Shown piece by piece: positions 1-7,753 of a stretch of DNA of 48,041 nt. The notes under the pieces are model-generated. The model was not told where the DNA came from. It saw only the letters and a program-made list of their open reading frames with translations, and did not search any database. The DNA is taken from the IMG/VR virus record IMGVR_UViG_3300028747_000001. One strand, written 5' to 3'. This DNA comes from a virus. Numbering within the stretch: position 1 is the stretch's first letter; every line of letters begins with the position of its first letter. Position numbers and translations under genes: made by a program.

Positions 1-127
1 CTCATTTCTTTAAGGCTGATATTCAACTTCTGTGCGCTATCCTTTTCCGCAGCACCGGTCATCTTCTCTGCTAACGGTTGCGCGACAGATGCGAATAGTC
101 TGGCAAACTTGTCGCGCATCGCATTTG
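1..127. repeat. Terminal overlap. Identical to 47915-48041, from circular-assembly overlap or terminal redundancy
   Basis: Direct comparison of the two window ends shows an identical 127-mer. Confidence 0.95.
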
Positions 128-383
128 ACAGGATACGGGCCTGACTCGCAACGCTCGCATCCATTGCCCATGCAACGCTATCGGCCGCGAACGTATCAGA
201 CAGACCCAATACTTCGCGCATGGTTTCACGAATCATGCGCTCGATGTAGTGTTGCAACGTATCGCTATACTTCGTTGCAATCTGCCCGGCAATGAACAAC
301 GGCTTGCCGCGCACCTTTTCGATAGCGAACTGTTGCGCCCAATCGGCACGCTTACCAACAACGCGTACTTGTCGATGACCCAT
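1..383 (-). CDS. Mu F-like / SPP1 gp7-like head morphogenesis protein, 5' part. The gene wraps the window junction and continues at 47419-47914; about 292 aa in total
   Basis: The ATG at 383-381 overlaps the portal stop (TAATG). My minus-strand translation (MGHRQVRVVGKRADWAQQF...) is open to base 1 and in frame with ORF 47419-48033 after the 47,914-bp offset. Confidence 0.85.
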   Translation of the reverse strand, partial: MGHRQVRVVGKRADWAQQFAIEKVRGKPLFIAGQIATKYSDTLQHYIERMIRETMREVLGLSDTFAADSVAWAMDASVASQARILSNAMRDKFARLFASVAQPLAEKMTGAAEKDSAQKLNISLKEM

Positions 384-2074
384 TACTTTTCCTGCATGTA
401 GGTCAGCAACATGCCGTGATTCTTGAACGCTTCGACAACGAGCCGTTCAATCAGCGTATCCATTGAATCGCCGGTCGGTGAGCCTTCCGTTTCACTCACC
501 GATACCTTACCGGGCGTGCCAAGTTGCGGGCCTTCCGGGTCAGTGAATTCACCGCCGTTGACTGGTTCGCGCTCGCCTTCCTCAATCGACCGGATGGTGC
601 TGTAACCGCTGTTCTTGTCGTTGCGCAACCGTTCGTTGACGTCGGAATCGCTGATTGCACCAGTCTGGATAAGCGATAGGTCTGCGCGCGCGTTCAGTTC
701 GTTGATTTCTGCATACTCTTTTGCGGTCGGCGCATCGAGCGGCATCCAGCTAATAGTCGTCTGCGCGTGACCGCGCGTGCCGAACTTCGGAATGATGTAG
801 GCCAGTTTCGTCAACAGGTGATGACGTTCAACGAATGGCGTCAATTCGTGCATCTGCATTGATTCGAGCGTTTCACGATATGACGATTGATCGTACTCCC
901 CTTCGCTGCTAAATCCACCCGCCGCGGTACCCATGATCTTGTTGACCGGCGCGTCGCCAGCGGCACACGCTAATGCGAACTGGTTGTCGATGACTTCTGA
1001 CAGGTCGGTCAGCGCTGTATCAAGCTGCTCCATTTCGTCATCACTGCCCATGATGCGCACGCCGTAGTTGTCGCGTGCGACATTCATGAACTGCATGGAC
1101 TCATCAAACTTGTCCTTGTTTAGCATCATTTCTTCGATGCCCCCCATCTTGAGCGTATAGAGCCGCTTCGTCATGGCGAGCAACGGTGCTTCGTTGGCCG
1201 TGCGTTCCGCAGCGTACACACGTTCCATGATGGCCTGTGGTACCGGGATGCCGCCGTACAGGTAAGCAGGCTTAAGGATATCGTCGGGCTGTTCCGTGCG
1301 AAAGATGCACAGATGCGTGCGGTGATACTTCTTGCCGTTGATTTGCCACCACGTGGGTTCGTAGAAATCCGGCGACGTCGTATCGCCTGCTGCGTCACCT
1401 GACAGAATGGGCGACATCCAATACGGATCGCGCATGAACCAGCCCTTGAATGAACCGGGTCGGATGCTATCCGGGTTGAACGGTTTTTCGTAAAAGTCAG
1501 GGTCGGGCGAGTCGATGATTGGCACCGCGACGCGAATGCCGAACTTGCGACCGTTGTACGCGTAGTTGAGCAGATGTTTCATCAACTTGAATTTCTTGTC
1601 GTATCGCGCGTACTCCGCAACAACGTCATCGTCAAGTTGGTCCTCACCTACCTCGTTGATGATTTCGAAACCTTGGCGAATGGCATCGCGTGCGGGCACC
1701 AGGCAGATTTTCTTGACCAGCCAGTGTTGCGCCACGATAGCGCACGCCTGCGGCCCGATATAGGTCTGAGTGGCAAACCATTGAAAGATGGCATCCGGGA
1801 TATTCGGTTGCGCCAGTCCATACGCCGACTTGATGGCGTTCCATCCTTGCGAATCGTCATCGTCGCCAGTGCCTACCGGGGCGACCGGTCGCGGTGCCCA
1901 TGCAAGCAGATAACGATTCCACGTATCAACGATAGATTCGGTGTTCGCGCGCGATTCGTCACTGCGTACAGTATCGCCGCGATGCGTTGAAAACATCGAG
2001 CCACCAACAGGGGTATCGACGGCGGATTGCGCTGCGGTCGCGATTGTTCGTTTTTTGAACCAGCCGAAAGCCAT
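383..2074 (-). CDS. Portal protein
   Basis: 563 aa. It is the first gene of the head module, coupled to the MuF-like gene, has a GGAG SD, and has portal-typical size and position. Confidence 0.8.
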   Translation of the reverse strand: MAFGWFKKRTIATAAQSAVDTPVGGSMFSTHRGDTVRSDESRANTESIVDTWNRYLLAWAPRPVAPVGTGDDDDSQGWNAIKSAYGLAQPNIPDAIFQWFATQTYIGPQACAIVAQHWLVKKICLVPARDAIRQGFEIINEVGEDQLDDDVVAEYARYDKKFKLMKHLLNYAYNGRKFGIRVAVPIIDSPDPDFYEKPFNPDSIRPGSFKGWFMRDPYWMSPILSGDAAGDTTSPDFYEPTWWQINGKKYHRTHLCIFRTEQPDDILKPAYLYGGIPVPQAIMERVYAAERTANEAPLLAMTKRLYTLKMGGIEEMMLNKDKFDESMQFMNVARDNYGVRIMGSDDEMEQLDTALTDLSEVIDNQFALACAAGDAPVNKIMGTAAGGFSSEGEYDQSSYRETLESMQMHELTPFVERHHLLTKLAYIIPKFGTRGHAQTTISWMPLDAPTAKEYAEINELNARADLSLIQTGAISDSDVNERLRNDKNSGYSTIRSIEEGEREPVNGGEFTDPEGPQLGTPGKVSVSETEGSPTGDSMDTLIERLVVEAFKNHGMLLTYMQEK

Positions 2075-2095
2075 GATGCCCGCTCCATAAAGGAA

Positions 2096-2122
2096 AACGC
2101 CCTATTGTAACAATAGGGCGTT
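2096..2122 (-). terminator. Rho-independent terminator immediately upstream of portal
   Basis: Perfect 12-bp stem aacgccctattg/caatagggcgtt with a taa loop, followed on the minus strand by TTTTCCTTT. Confidence 0.75.
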
Positions 2123-2127
2123 CGGGC

Positions 2128-2331
2128 TTACTGGTCTGGTGATATCGGCTTGATGTAGCACCGACAATTTGGATGGTCCTGCATGGGCGAATTCAGTGTT
2201 CTGGCCCGGTACATCAAACGACGCAAATATAAGGTCAATCCCGCTGCTAGTTTTTTCCCCTCTATGTCTGTTGGTTCGTATGCGACGTCCTGGTCGTCCT
2301 GCACAAGTTTGTTAGGTGCCCAACTTTTCAC
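2128..2331 (-). CDS. 67-aa protein carrying only the C-terminal HPNCRC signature of Mu F/SPP1 gp7 domains
   Basis: GTG start with AAGGGGG SD. Motif DHPNCRCYIKPI; compare APYCRCTMRPIF in the full MuF-like gene. It has its own promoter and terminator. Confidence 0.6.
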   Translation of the reverse strand: MKSWAPNKLVQDDQDVAYEPTDIEGKKLAAGLTLYLRRLMYRARTLNSPMQDHPNCRCYIKPISPDQ

Positions 2332-2356
2332 ACTACCCCCTTTAGTAGGAGCATTG

Positions 2357-2387
2357 ATTATACCGTAAAAACGTTAGTAACGGTCAC
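2357..2387 (-). promoter_or_regulatory. Promoter with a perfect TATAAT -10. The palindrome copy (2369-2385) overlaps the weak -35
   Basis: Minus strand reads GTGACC-gttactaacgtttttacgg-TATAAT. It is intergenic between 2394 and 2331. Confidence 0.5.
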
Positions 2388-2393
2388 ATGTTG

Positions 2394-3143
2394 TTACAAA
2401 GTGACGGTCACTTTTACCGGGAATGCTGTCACAACGTGCTGGCCGGGGAATTTCGCCGCAGCGGTATTCGCCTCAGTATATGTGGCATAGACCGCACCTT
2501 TGATGCCGTCGAGTCCCTGATTGCGCGCGACGTTCGCATAGAGCGTGAGTTCAGATGGCGCTTTCATCTTCATACGCAAATCAGACGTCACGACCTTTTC
2601 AAGCCCACGTAGATCGCTATCTATAACTACATCATCGCCCGACATGCCGATAAATCGAGCGTCAAACCACAGCTTGCCACCTTCGTGTCCTTTTGCAACT
2701 TTGCATTGAATTGGCGCACCATCCTTTACTTTTTGCAAATCAAATGGAAACTTCACTACAAATGGTGCGACCACCGTCGATGCACTGCCGGGCAATTCCG
2801 CCACATACCAAGAAAACGTGCCGCCCGGCGACTTCTCCTGACGAAACGTTACGCCTACCTTCCCTGCCGCCTGTACACACTCCCCATGACGTTTAGAAGT
2901 GTCCTGCGCGTGTATCAACAGGTCGCGCAATGCCGTCTTGTCGCGCTCACCGGTGTCGATCTGTTCTTGCATCTTGTCGAAGTATGAGAACAAGCGTTTC
3001 GTCGCCTTGTCGACTTCTTCCTCCGTGTGTTTCAACCGCACGTCGGTGATTGCCACGTGCGGCGTGCGGCTCAAGTCGACATGCGCATAGATCGCGCGGT
3101 GCAGCGACTTGAGCAAGCTACCAAGTTCAGTTTGTTTTGCCAT
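2394..3143 (-). CDS. Hypothetical protein (249 aa)
   Basis: ATG at 3143 (MAKQTELG...) lies 15 nt after the OMP stop. The longer track ORF overlaps the OMP gene. Confidence 0.6.
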   Translation of the reverse strand: MAKQTELGSLLKSLHRAIYAHVDLSRTPHVAITDVRLKHTEEEVDKATKRLFSYFDKMQEQIDTGERDKTALRDLLIHAQDTSKRHGECVQAAGKVGVTFRQEKSPGGTFSWYVAELPGSASTVVAPFVVKFPFDLQKVKDGAPIQCKVAKGHEGGKLWFDARFIGMSGDDVVIDSDLRGLEKVVTSDLRMKMKAPSELTLYANVARNQGLDGIKGAVYATYTEANTAAAKFPGQHVVTAFPVKVTVTL

Positions 3144-3157
3144 GATTTGAATTTGTC

Positions 3158-3823
3158 CTAGAAACGATAGGTGAGAGTTACAACGTTTGCGCCGGTCACA
3201 AGGCCCGGATTGGGGTTCCACAACTGCCGCACATTGTAGTAACGGTACGACAGACTCAATGGACCGCGCGATACGCTCGCGCCGACAACATAGCCGAATT
3301 GTACTGTCGTCTTGTGGGAAAGGTCTTGCCACTGGTCGGCAAGGTTGTACAACGATTCGTGCCACGTCTGCCAGTAGGCCCAAACGCCCGCTTCGACACC
3401 AACGCGCCAGCCGTAGAGCGTATAGCCGACGTCAAGTGTCACAGGGATGCCCTGCACGTGACCATGGCCATTGAATGGGCTGAATCGTTCACCCTGGTAT
3501 CCGGTGATGCTATGCGTCTGACCGTTGTATTGATCGTCAGGCACGCCCATTACACTCGCGCGTTGCTCGCCAAGGTACGCATAGTCAGCGTGATAGCGCA
3601 CATCGACCGAACCACGCTGATATAGTTCGCCCGTGATACCAGCAGTTATAACGGGGAACGTCAACTTCTCACGATTGTCAGGTGAGCCGTCCTGAATCCA
3701 CGTGCCGTCACCCATATCTTTCGCGAGTCCGACGCCGACGCCTGCCTCAAACTGGAACCAGTCCTGTGCGTGAGCGCTAACAGATGCGAGCGCTACGGCT
3801 ACCGCGATTGCCAACTTTTTCAT
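3158..3823 (-). CDS. Outer-membrane beta-barrel protein with signal peptide (221 aa)
   Basis: MKKLAIAVAVALASVSAHA/QD signal with an AxA site, alternating hydrophobic strands, C-terminal ...TLTYRF aromatic terminus, GAGGTG SD. Confidence 0.75.
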   Translation of the reverse strand: MKKLAIAVAVALASVSAHAQDWFQFEAGVGVGLAKDMGDGTWIQDGSPDNREKLTFPVITAGITGELYQRGSVDVRYHADYAYLGEQRASVMGVPDDQYNGQTHSITGYQGERFSPFNGHGHVQGIPVTLDVGYTLYGWRVGVEAGVWAYWQTWHESLYNLADQWQDLSHKTTVQFGYVVGASVSRGPLSLSYRYYNVRQLWNPNPGLVTGANVVTLTYRF

Positions 3824-3855
3824 TTCACACCTCACATTGGTTGATGATGGTATGA

Positions 3856-3885
3856 AGTATAGAACCGTTACTAACGGTTTGGCAA
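3856..3885 (-). promoter_or_regulatory. Conserved promoter cassette with a perfect palindrome in the spacer
   Basis: Minus strand reads TTGCCA-aaccgttagtaacggttc-TATACT. The palindrome is at 3863-3879. Confidence 0.7.
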
Positions 3886-3901
3886 GTATGACCGCAAAAG
3901 A

Positions 3902-3931
3902 AAACGCCCCATCGGTCAGAATGGGGCGTTT
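3902..3931 (-). terminator. Rho-independent terminator
   Basis: Stem aaacgccccat/atggggcgttt, followed on the minus strand by TTTTCTTTT. Confidence 0.7.
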
Positions 3932-4024
3932 GGTAGTTGCAGGGCGCTCAACCGTCAGCCTTCTATATCCGGTGCCGCCGTCGCTACGCAGAACGGTCAC
4001 GGTCCAGAAAATGCAGCGCAGTTG

Positions 4025-4390
4025 TTACGGTACAACCACCGATGCACATTCTACAACAACGTCGCGGTTGCGCATACGGGCCGATTCGCGTCGACGGCGA
4101 AGTTTTTCGCGCCAGTCCGATCCGTCATTGACATCAGTGTGACGGATCGTTACGCCTTTGACCTTGACATACACGTGCTGATTCGGCTTGACATCACGAC
4201 TGGTCAGCGGCGATATGCGAAGGTCCGAACCCGGCAGCACGTCGAGTCGTTTAACGACTTCCTTGACGATCAGATAGTGTGTCATTGGAACGAACACTTC
4301 GATTGACGGATTGGGATAGAAACATTCAACCGTCTTGCTGCAAGGCACCTTGGCGAACTTGAGCAGGCGCGAAATGTCGGTAAGGGTCAT
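4025..4390 (-). CDS. Hypothetical protein (121 aa)
   Basis: ATGA overlap with the upstream gene; last gene before the terminator. Confidence 0.6.
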   Translation of the reverse strand: MTLTDISRLLKFAKVPCSKTVECFYPNPSIEVFVPMTHYLIVKEVVKRLDVLPGSDLRISPLTSRDVKPNQHVYVKVKGVTIRHTDVNDGSDWREKLRRRRESARMRNRDVVVECASVVVP

Positions 4391-4596
4391 GATTGCGCCG
4401 CCTTGAATGCCACTTCGAGCGCAGCAAATACACCGACATCCTGCTTGTCGAACTTGTTGCCGCCGCGAGGGATATGCAGCGGTTCACGCAACGTGCATTG
4501 CGCTTGCGCCGCTGCGGCTTGTGATGAAAACGCGAACGCCTGCGGCCCAACGAATATGCGGTGACCGTTGACGGTGATGCGAACAGGTGTAGTCAT
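4387..4596 (-). CDS. Hypothetical protein (69 aa)
   Basis: ATGA overlaps at both ends. Confidence 0.55.
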   Translation of the reverse strand: MTTPVRITVNGHRIFVGPQAFAFSSQAAAAQAQCTLREPLHIPRGGNKFDKQDVGVFAALEVAFKAAQS

Positions 4597-4754
4597 TTAA
4601 ACATTGCCCCTATGATGAAATGCGCTATCGTTCCTGCACCGACCGCGCTAATTGCGAAAGTAGCGGCCTGCGTCCATCTAACGATGCGCGGTATGGCGTT
4701 ACTGACAACGCCCCAACAGGCTATGACGAATGCAATGCACACGACAGTTTCCAT
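4593..4754 (-). CDS. Small membrane protein (53 aa)
   Basis: Start moved to METVVCIAFV... (GGAG SD), because the track ORF start lies inside the promoter. Two hydrophobic segments. Confidence 0.55.
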   Translation of the reverse strand: METVVCIAFVIACWGVVSNAIPRIVRWTQAATFAISAVGAGTIAHFIIGAMFK

Positions 4755-4783
4755 TAAAACTCCGATGTGGGTTAGGTCATCAG

Positions 4784-4812
4784 AGTATAAACCGTTACTA
4801 ACGTTCATGCAA
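4784..4812 (-). promoter_or_regulatory. Conserved promoter cassette overlapping the terL stop codon
   Basis: Minus strand reads TTGCAT-gaacgttagtaacggtt-TATACT. The palindrome is at 4790-4806. Confidence 0.65.
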
Positions 4813-6421
4813 ACAATGACGATTTCTTTTCCTGCGGTGCGTATAGGATCATCACAGAGTCCGCATAGTTCGGCGAGCGCGTGCCGTCTGGTGTCTTGTC
4901 GATGATCATCTGACCGGCCGTGTTGATGTCGTATGTCGGCTGTGACAGTTCTGCAACAAGCTTGGTCCGTACGTGCGGCGGTATCTGTTCGCTGATGCTG
5001 ATAAGTTCGTCAGGATCAAACACCGCGCCATCCACCACCGCGCGGTGCGTCTTCTCAAAGCGCATACGCAATGACCACCATGATTGTGCTTTCAGGTTCT
5101 TGAAGAAATCTTCGTTCTTGCGCGACCCGACACCACGGTCATCGCCTTTGTAGACCAGCGCGGTAGGGTTGACGACAGCACCACTACCTTTGAACTCAGT
5201 GAACTTGCGTTGCGATCCTTTGCGGTTGTCCCGACCGTTGATCTGCGCCGCGTCGCCGCGTACACCAGCGCCAAGCCCGTCGCCGTCATACCGGCAGTTG
5301 TCATAGTCAAATTCATCACAGCGCAGGAACGCCTGTTCCGTTGTCCAGAATATTGTTTTGCCCTGACCGCTCCAGGCATCTATGTGCTGTAGCTCGATAC
5401 CATGTCGACCGGCCCATGCGTTCAGGTCAAGTCCCTCATCCGCCACATCAAGCGCCGAACGACGTTCACCTTTGATCGTGATACCGAGCTTACGCGCAGC
5501 ACCGATGGCAGATTGTATCCATGCGGAAGGTATGACAACACCCTGCTTGGATGCTGAATAGTCAAGGTCAATTTCTTGCGCAACGATAAGCGGGTTAAGG
5601 TTCTCTTTCTGCTTTTCATACCATGCCTCATCCTTGCGCGGATCGTCACGCCACTGGAAGGTGAATACACGATGTTCGGGCCAACTGTGACGCTTCTCTG
5701 CGAACGGGTTGTCAAAGCCATTGACCGAACTGATGTCAATCAGGCAATTCGTGTTCTGTGACAAAGCAGCGTCGCTCAGTTGGGGCCGTTCAATAAACGC
5801 CGCTTCGTCACGGCAATAAATGGATGCGCGACCGCCCCGGCCGATGTTGTCGCCTGCTTCACCCCGGATCACTGCGCCAGTTGACGGTATCGTGATAAGC
5901 ATCGACTTGTCGCAGTCCCGTCCACCCATGACCCAACCGCCCCGGAACTCAACTGGCAGCAATGACAGGAACATGCGGATTTTGAAAAATAGACAGTCAG
6001 GGTCACCGGCACGATCAACAAGGATTTCCTTGCGCGACCCGAATCCGCCTGTGAACCCTTCGTTAGTAACGGCCAGTGCGGTGAACAGTGACACCATCAT
6101 CCATGAAAGGCCCATATCGCGCGACTTGTCACTTACTGCAAATTCTTTGGCTTTCCAACGCTCGATGACCCATTGCAGAAACTCACGTTGACGTGGGAAC
6201 AGGATCAACGGCAGCATGGCGGGGTACTGTGAGCCGACATTACGCGGGTCATACGTACATCCCCAATCTTCGATCAGGTCGATTGGATTGTGACGATAAT
6301 GCGTCAGGACCGCTTTAAGCAACGCCGGATCGGCGCGTAGCTGATGGAGCTTGTCGACGCGCCATTGAAAGATGCGCGAGTAGTCGGGAGCACGGAAGTC
6401 GTGCGCGTAGGGGTAGGGCAT
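4805..6421 (-). CDS. terL: Terminase large subunit
   Basis: 538 aa. Walker-A-like DKSRDMGLSW (the K-S/A-R-x-x-G-x-S variant typical of TerL) and a C-terminal acidic nuclease-type region. Confidence 0.85.
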   Translation of the reverse strand: MPYPYAHDFRAPDYSRIFQWRVDKLHQLRADPALLKAVLTHYRHNPIDLIEDWGCTYDPRNVGSQYPAMLPLILFPRQREFLQWVIERWKAKEFAVSDKSRDMGLSWMMVSLFTALAVTNEGFTGGFGSRKEILVDRAGDPDCLFFKIRMFLSLLPVEFRGGWVMGGRDCDKSMLITIPSTGAVIRGEAGDNIGRGGRASIYCRDEAAFIERPQLSDAALSQNTNCLIDISSVNGFDNPFAEKRHSWPEHRVFTFQWRDDPRKDEAWYEKQKENLNPLIVAQEIDLDYSASKQGVVIPSAWIQSAIGAARKLGITIKGERRSALDVADEGLDLNAWAGRHGIELQHIDAWSGQGKTIFWTTEQAFLRCDEFDYDNCRYDGDGLGAGVRGDAAQINGRDNRKGSQRKFTEFKGSGAVVNPTALVYKGDDRGVGSRKNEDFFKNLKAQSWWSLRMRFEKTHRAVVDGAVFDPDELISISEQIPPHVRTKLVAELSQPTYDINTAGQMIIDKTPDGTRSPNYADSVMILYAPQEKKSSLFA

Positions 6422-6427
6422 GAAAAA

Positions 6428-6452
6428 GGGCCATAGTTATGAGCTATGACCC
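6428..6452 (-). terminator. Terminator-like hairpin whose T-tract abuts the terL ATG
   Basis: Minus strand reads gggtcatag-ctcataa-ctatggccc (one mismatch), then TTTTTC, then ATG of terL. Confidence 0.4.
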
Positions 6453-6478
6453 TAGTGTAACGTCGGTGACGGTTTGAT

Positions 6479-6652
6479 CTAGCTATACAACTCGTCAATG
6501 GTATCGCGCGCTACGTTCCGGCGCAGACCATCAATTACACGAACGATAAGTACTGTTGAACCCTGCACGCTGTCGATGATCCACGAATCAAGCGTATCGC
6601 GTTCAAGAATGAGCGTATCGGGTTGGATAGGGATACGGATATCGGTCAGCAT
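6479..6652 (-). CDS. Hypothetical protein (57 aa), coupled to the repeat protein
   Basis: TGATG overlap with the stop of 6652-7446. This is the non-repeat C-terminal part of track ORF 6479-6898. Confidence 0.45.
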   Translation of the reverse strand: MLTDIRIPIQPDTLILERDTLDSWIIDSVQGSTVLIVRVIDGLRRNVARDTIDELYS

Positions 6653-7446
6653 CACATTTCGCGCAAAATCGTCAACAACGTATCGCGTTCGAATTGCCAC
6701 GCCGCCGACTCCGCCGCCGACCGCGCCGCCGACTCCGCCGACTCCGCCGACCGCGCCGACTCCGCCGCCGACCGCGCCGACCACGCCGACTCCGCCGCCG
6801 ACCGCGCCGACCACGCCGACTCCGCCGCCGACCACGCCGACCGCGCCGACCACGCCGCCGACTCCGCCGCCGACCGCGCCGACCGCGCCGCCGACCACGC
6901 CGCCGACTCCGCCGCCGACTCCGCCGCCGACTCCGCCGCCGACTCCGCCGCCGCCGCCGACCGCGCCGACCGCGCCGCCGACCGCGCTGCCGACTCCGCC
7001 ATTTCTTCAGTAGTGGTGTTTGTAAGTTCCGATTGGCAATAAGCGATGACACCTTGCAACGCGTTACGAACCTGTTCTGCATAGGGTTCGCTATTGTCTT
7101 TAAGACGCTCGATCTGCACTTTATGGCGAGCAATCGCCAAGTGCCATTTAACCGGCTCCAAATCCTTGCCGATCTGAACCGCGTCTAGCAAGTCGGTACC
7201 AAACTGCGGAGCTTCTGACTTCGGAATGCCTTCAAAAATTGAGTCAGCAAGACGAGCTAGCCATTCCGGCCAGCCAAGCTCAACAGGAAAGCGCGAATGA
7301 TCGTACTTGTTGAGAGTACAACCGACGAAACAACCGCGACCGTTGTCATACCCCGTACCCTGAATGACATCGTCAGCCTTGCGATGCGCTTCGAAACGGG
7401 CCTGATACTTCAGTTTTACTGCCGGATCATTGTGATAGGAAAGCAT
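6652..7446 (-). CDS. Protein with a globular N-terminal domain and a C-terminal (E/R/W)-S-A-(A) repeat helix (264 aa)
   Basis: It is the only frame through the array that carries a long non-repetitive N-terminal domain, and it starts at an ATG (7446). About 27 repeat units. Confidence 0.7.
   Translation of the reverse strand: MLSYHNDPAVKLKYQARFEAHRKADDVIQGTGYDNGRGCFVGCTLNKYDHSRFPVELGWPEWLARLADSIFEGIPKSEAPQFGTDLLDAVQIGKDLEPVKWHLAIARHKVQIERLKDNSEPYAEQVRNALQGVIAYCQSELTNTTTEEMAESAARSAARSARSAAAAESAAESAAESAAESAAWSAARSARSAAESAAWSARSAWSAAESAWSARSAAESAWSARSAAESARSAESAESAARSAAESAAWQFERDTLLTILREM
6698..7000. repeat. Tandem array of about 27 units of 9 or 12 nt, (GCC)1-2-GAC-(TCC|CGC|CAC)
   Basis: Parsed unit by unit from the sequence. 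All six frames are open across it. Confidence 0.95.
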
Positions 7447-7504
7447 ATTTTCACCTATGAAGAAAAAGTCCCGATCTGTGCAAGCGCCGGGAAACGGGGG
7501 TTAA

Positions 7505-7720
7505 TCAGATGCCAAAGCCGTCTTGATGTACGTCATCATCGTACGAATCTGCCAACGGTTGCGATTGCAGATAGAACCATGCACCAACCGGGCAAATCGG
7601 AGCACCTTCAATTACCTGCTGTTCCGTCATTTCGTGGCCAAAGTCGCGCAGATTACCAAAATCGTCCGTTACTGCGAACATGTCGGGCAACGCTTGCTTA
7701 CGATAAAAGTACAGTTGCAT
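7505..7720 (-). CDS. Acidic small protein (71 aa)
   Basis: AGGTGA SD. First gene after the promoter at 7754-7783. Net charge about -9 by count. Confidence 0.6.
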   Translation of the reverse strand: MQLYFYRKQALPDMFAVTDDFGNLRDFGHEMTEQQVIEGAPICPVGAWFYLQSQPLADSYDDDVHQDGFGI

Positions 7721-7753
7721 TTCGTCACCTACTTGTTGTGTGAAAGTGTGACA

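Noticed and set aside
32-295. An 87-aa plus-strand ORF at the window start
   Set aside because: It lies antisense to the 5' part of the MuF-like gene, which is continuous and in frame across the circular junction.
6698-7000. Possible CRISPR array
   Set aside because: The units are 9-12 nt and contiguous with no spacers, there are no cas genes, and the array lies inside a coding frame.
6498-7188. Long ORFs in the other five frames across the repeat array: a PTPP-rich one (6498-7013 +), Arg-rich ones (6694-7188 + and 6672-7133 -), an ADSA-rich one (6623-7042 +), and the Gly/Val-rich N-terminal part of 6479-6898 (-)
   Set aside because: They are open only because the 9/12-nt GC-rich units lack stop codons in any frame. 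They have no non-repeat domain or credible start context. Only 6652-7446 has a real N-terminal domain.
7461-7492. A weak hairpin (tcccg/cggga, 14-nt loop) plus T-run after gene 7505-7720
   Set aside because: The stem is only 5 bp with a large loop, which is too weak to call.
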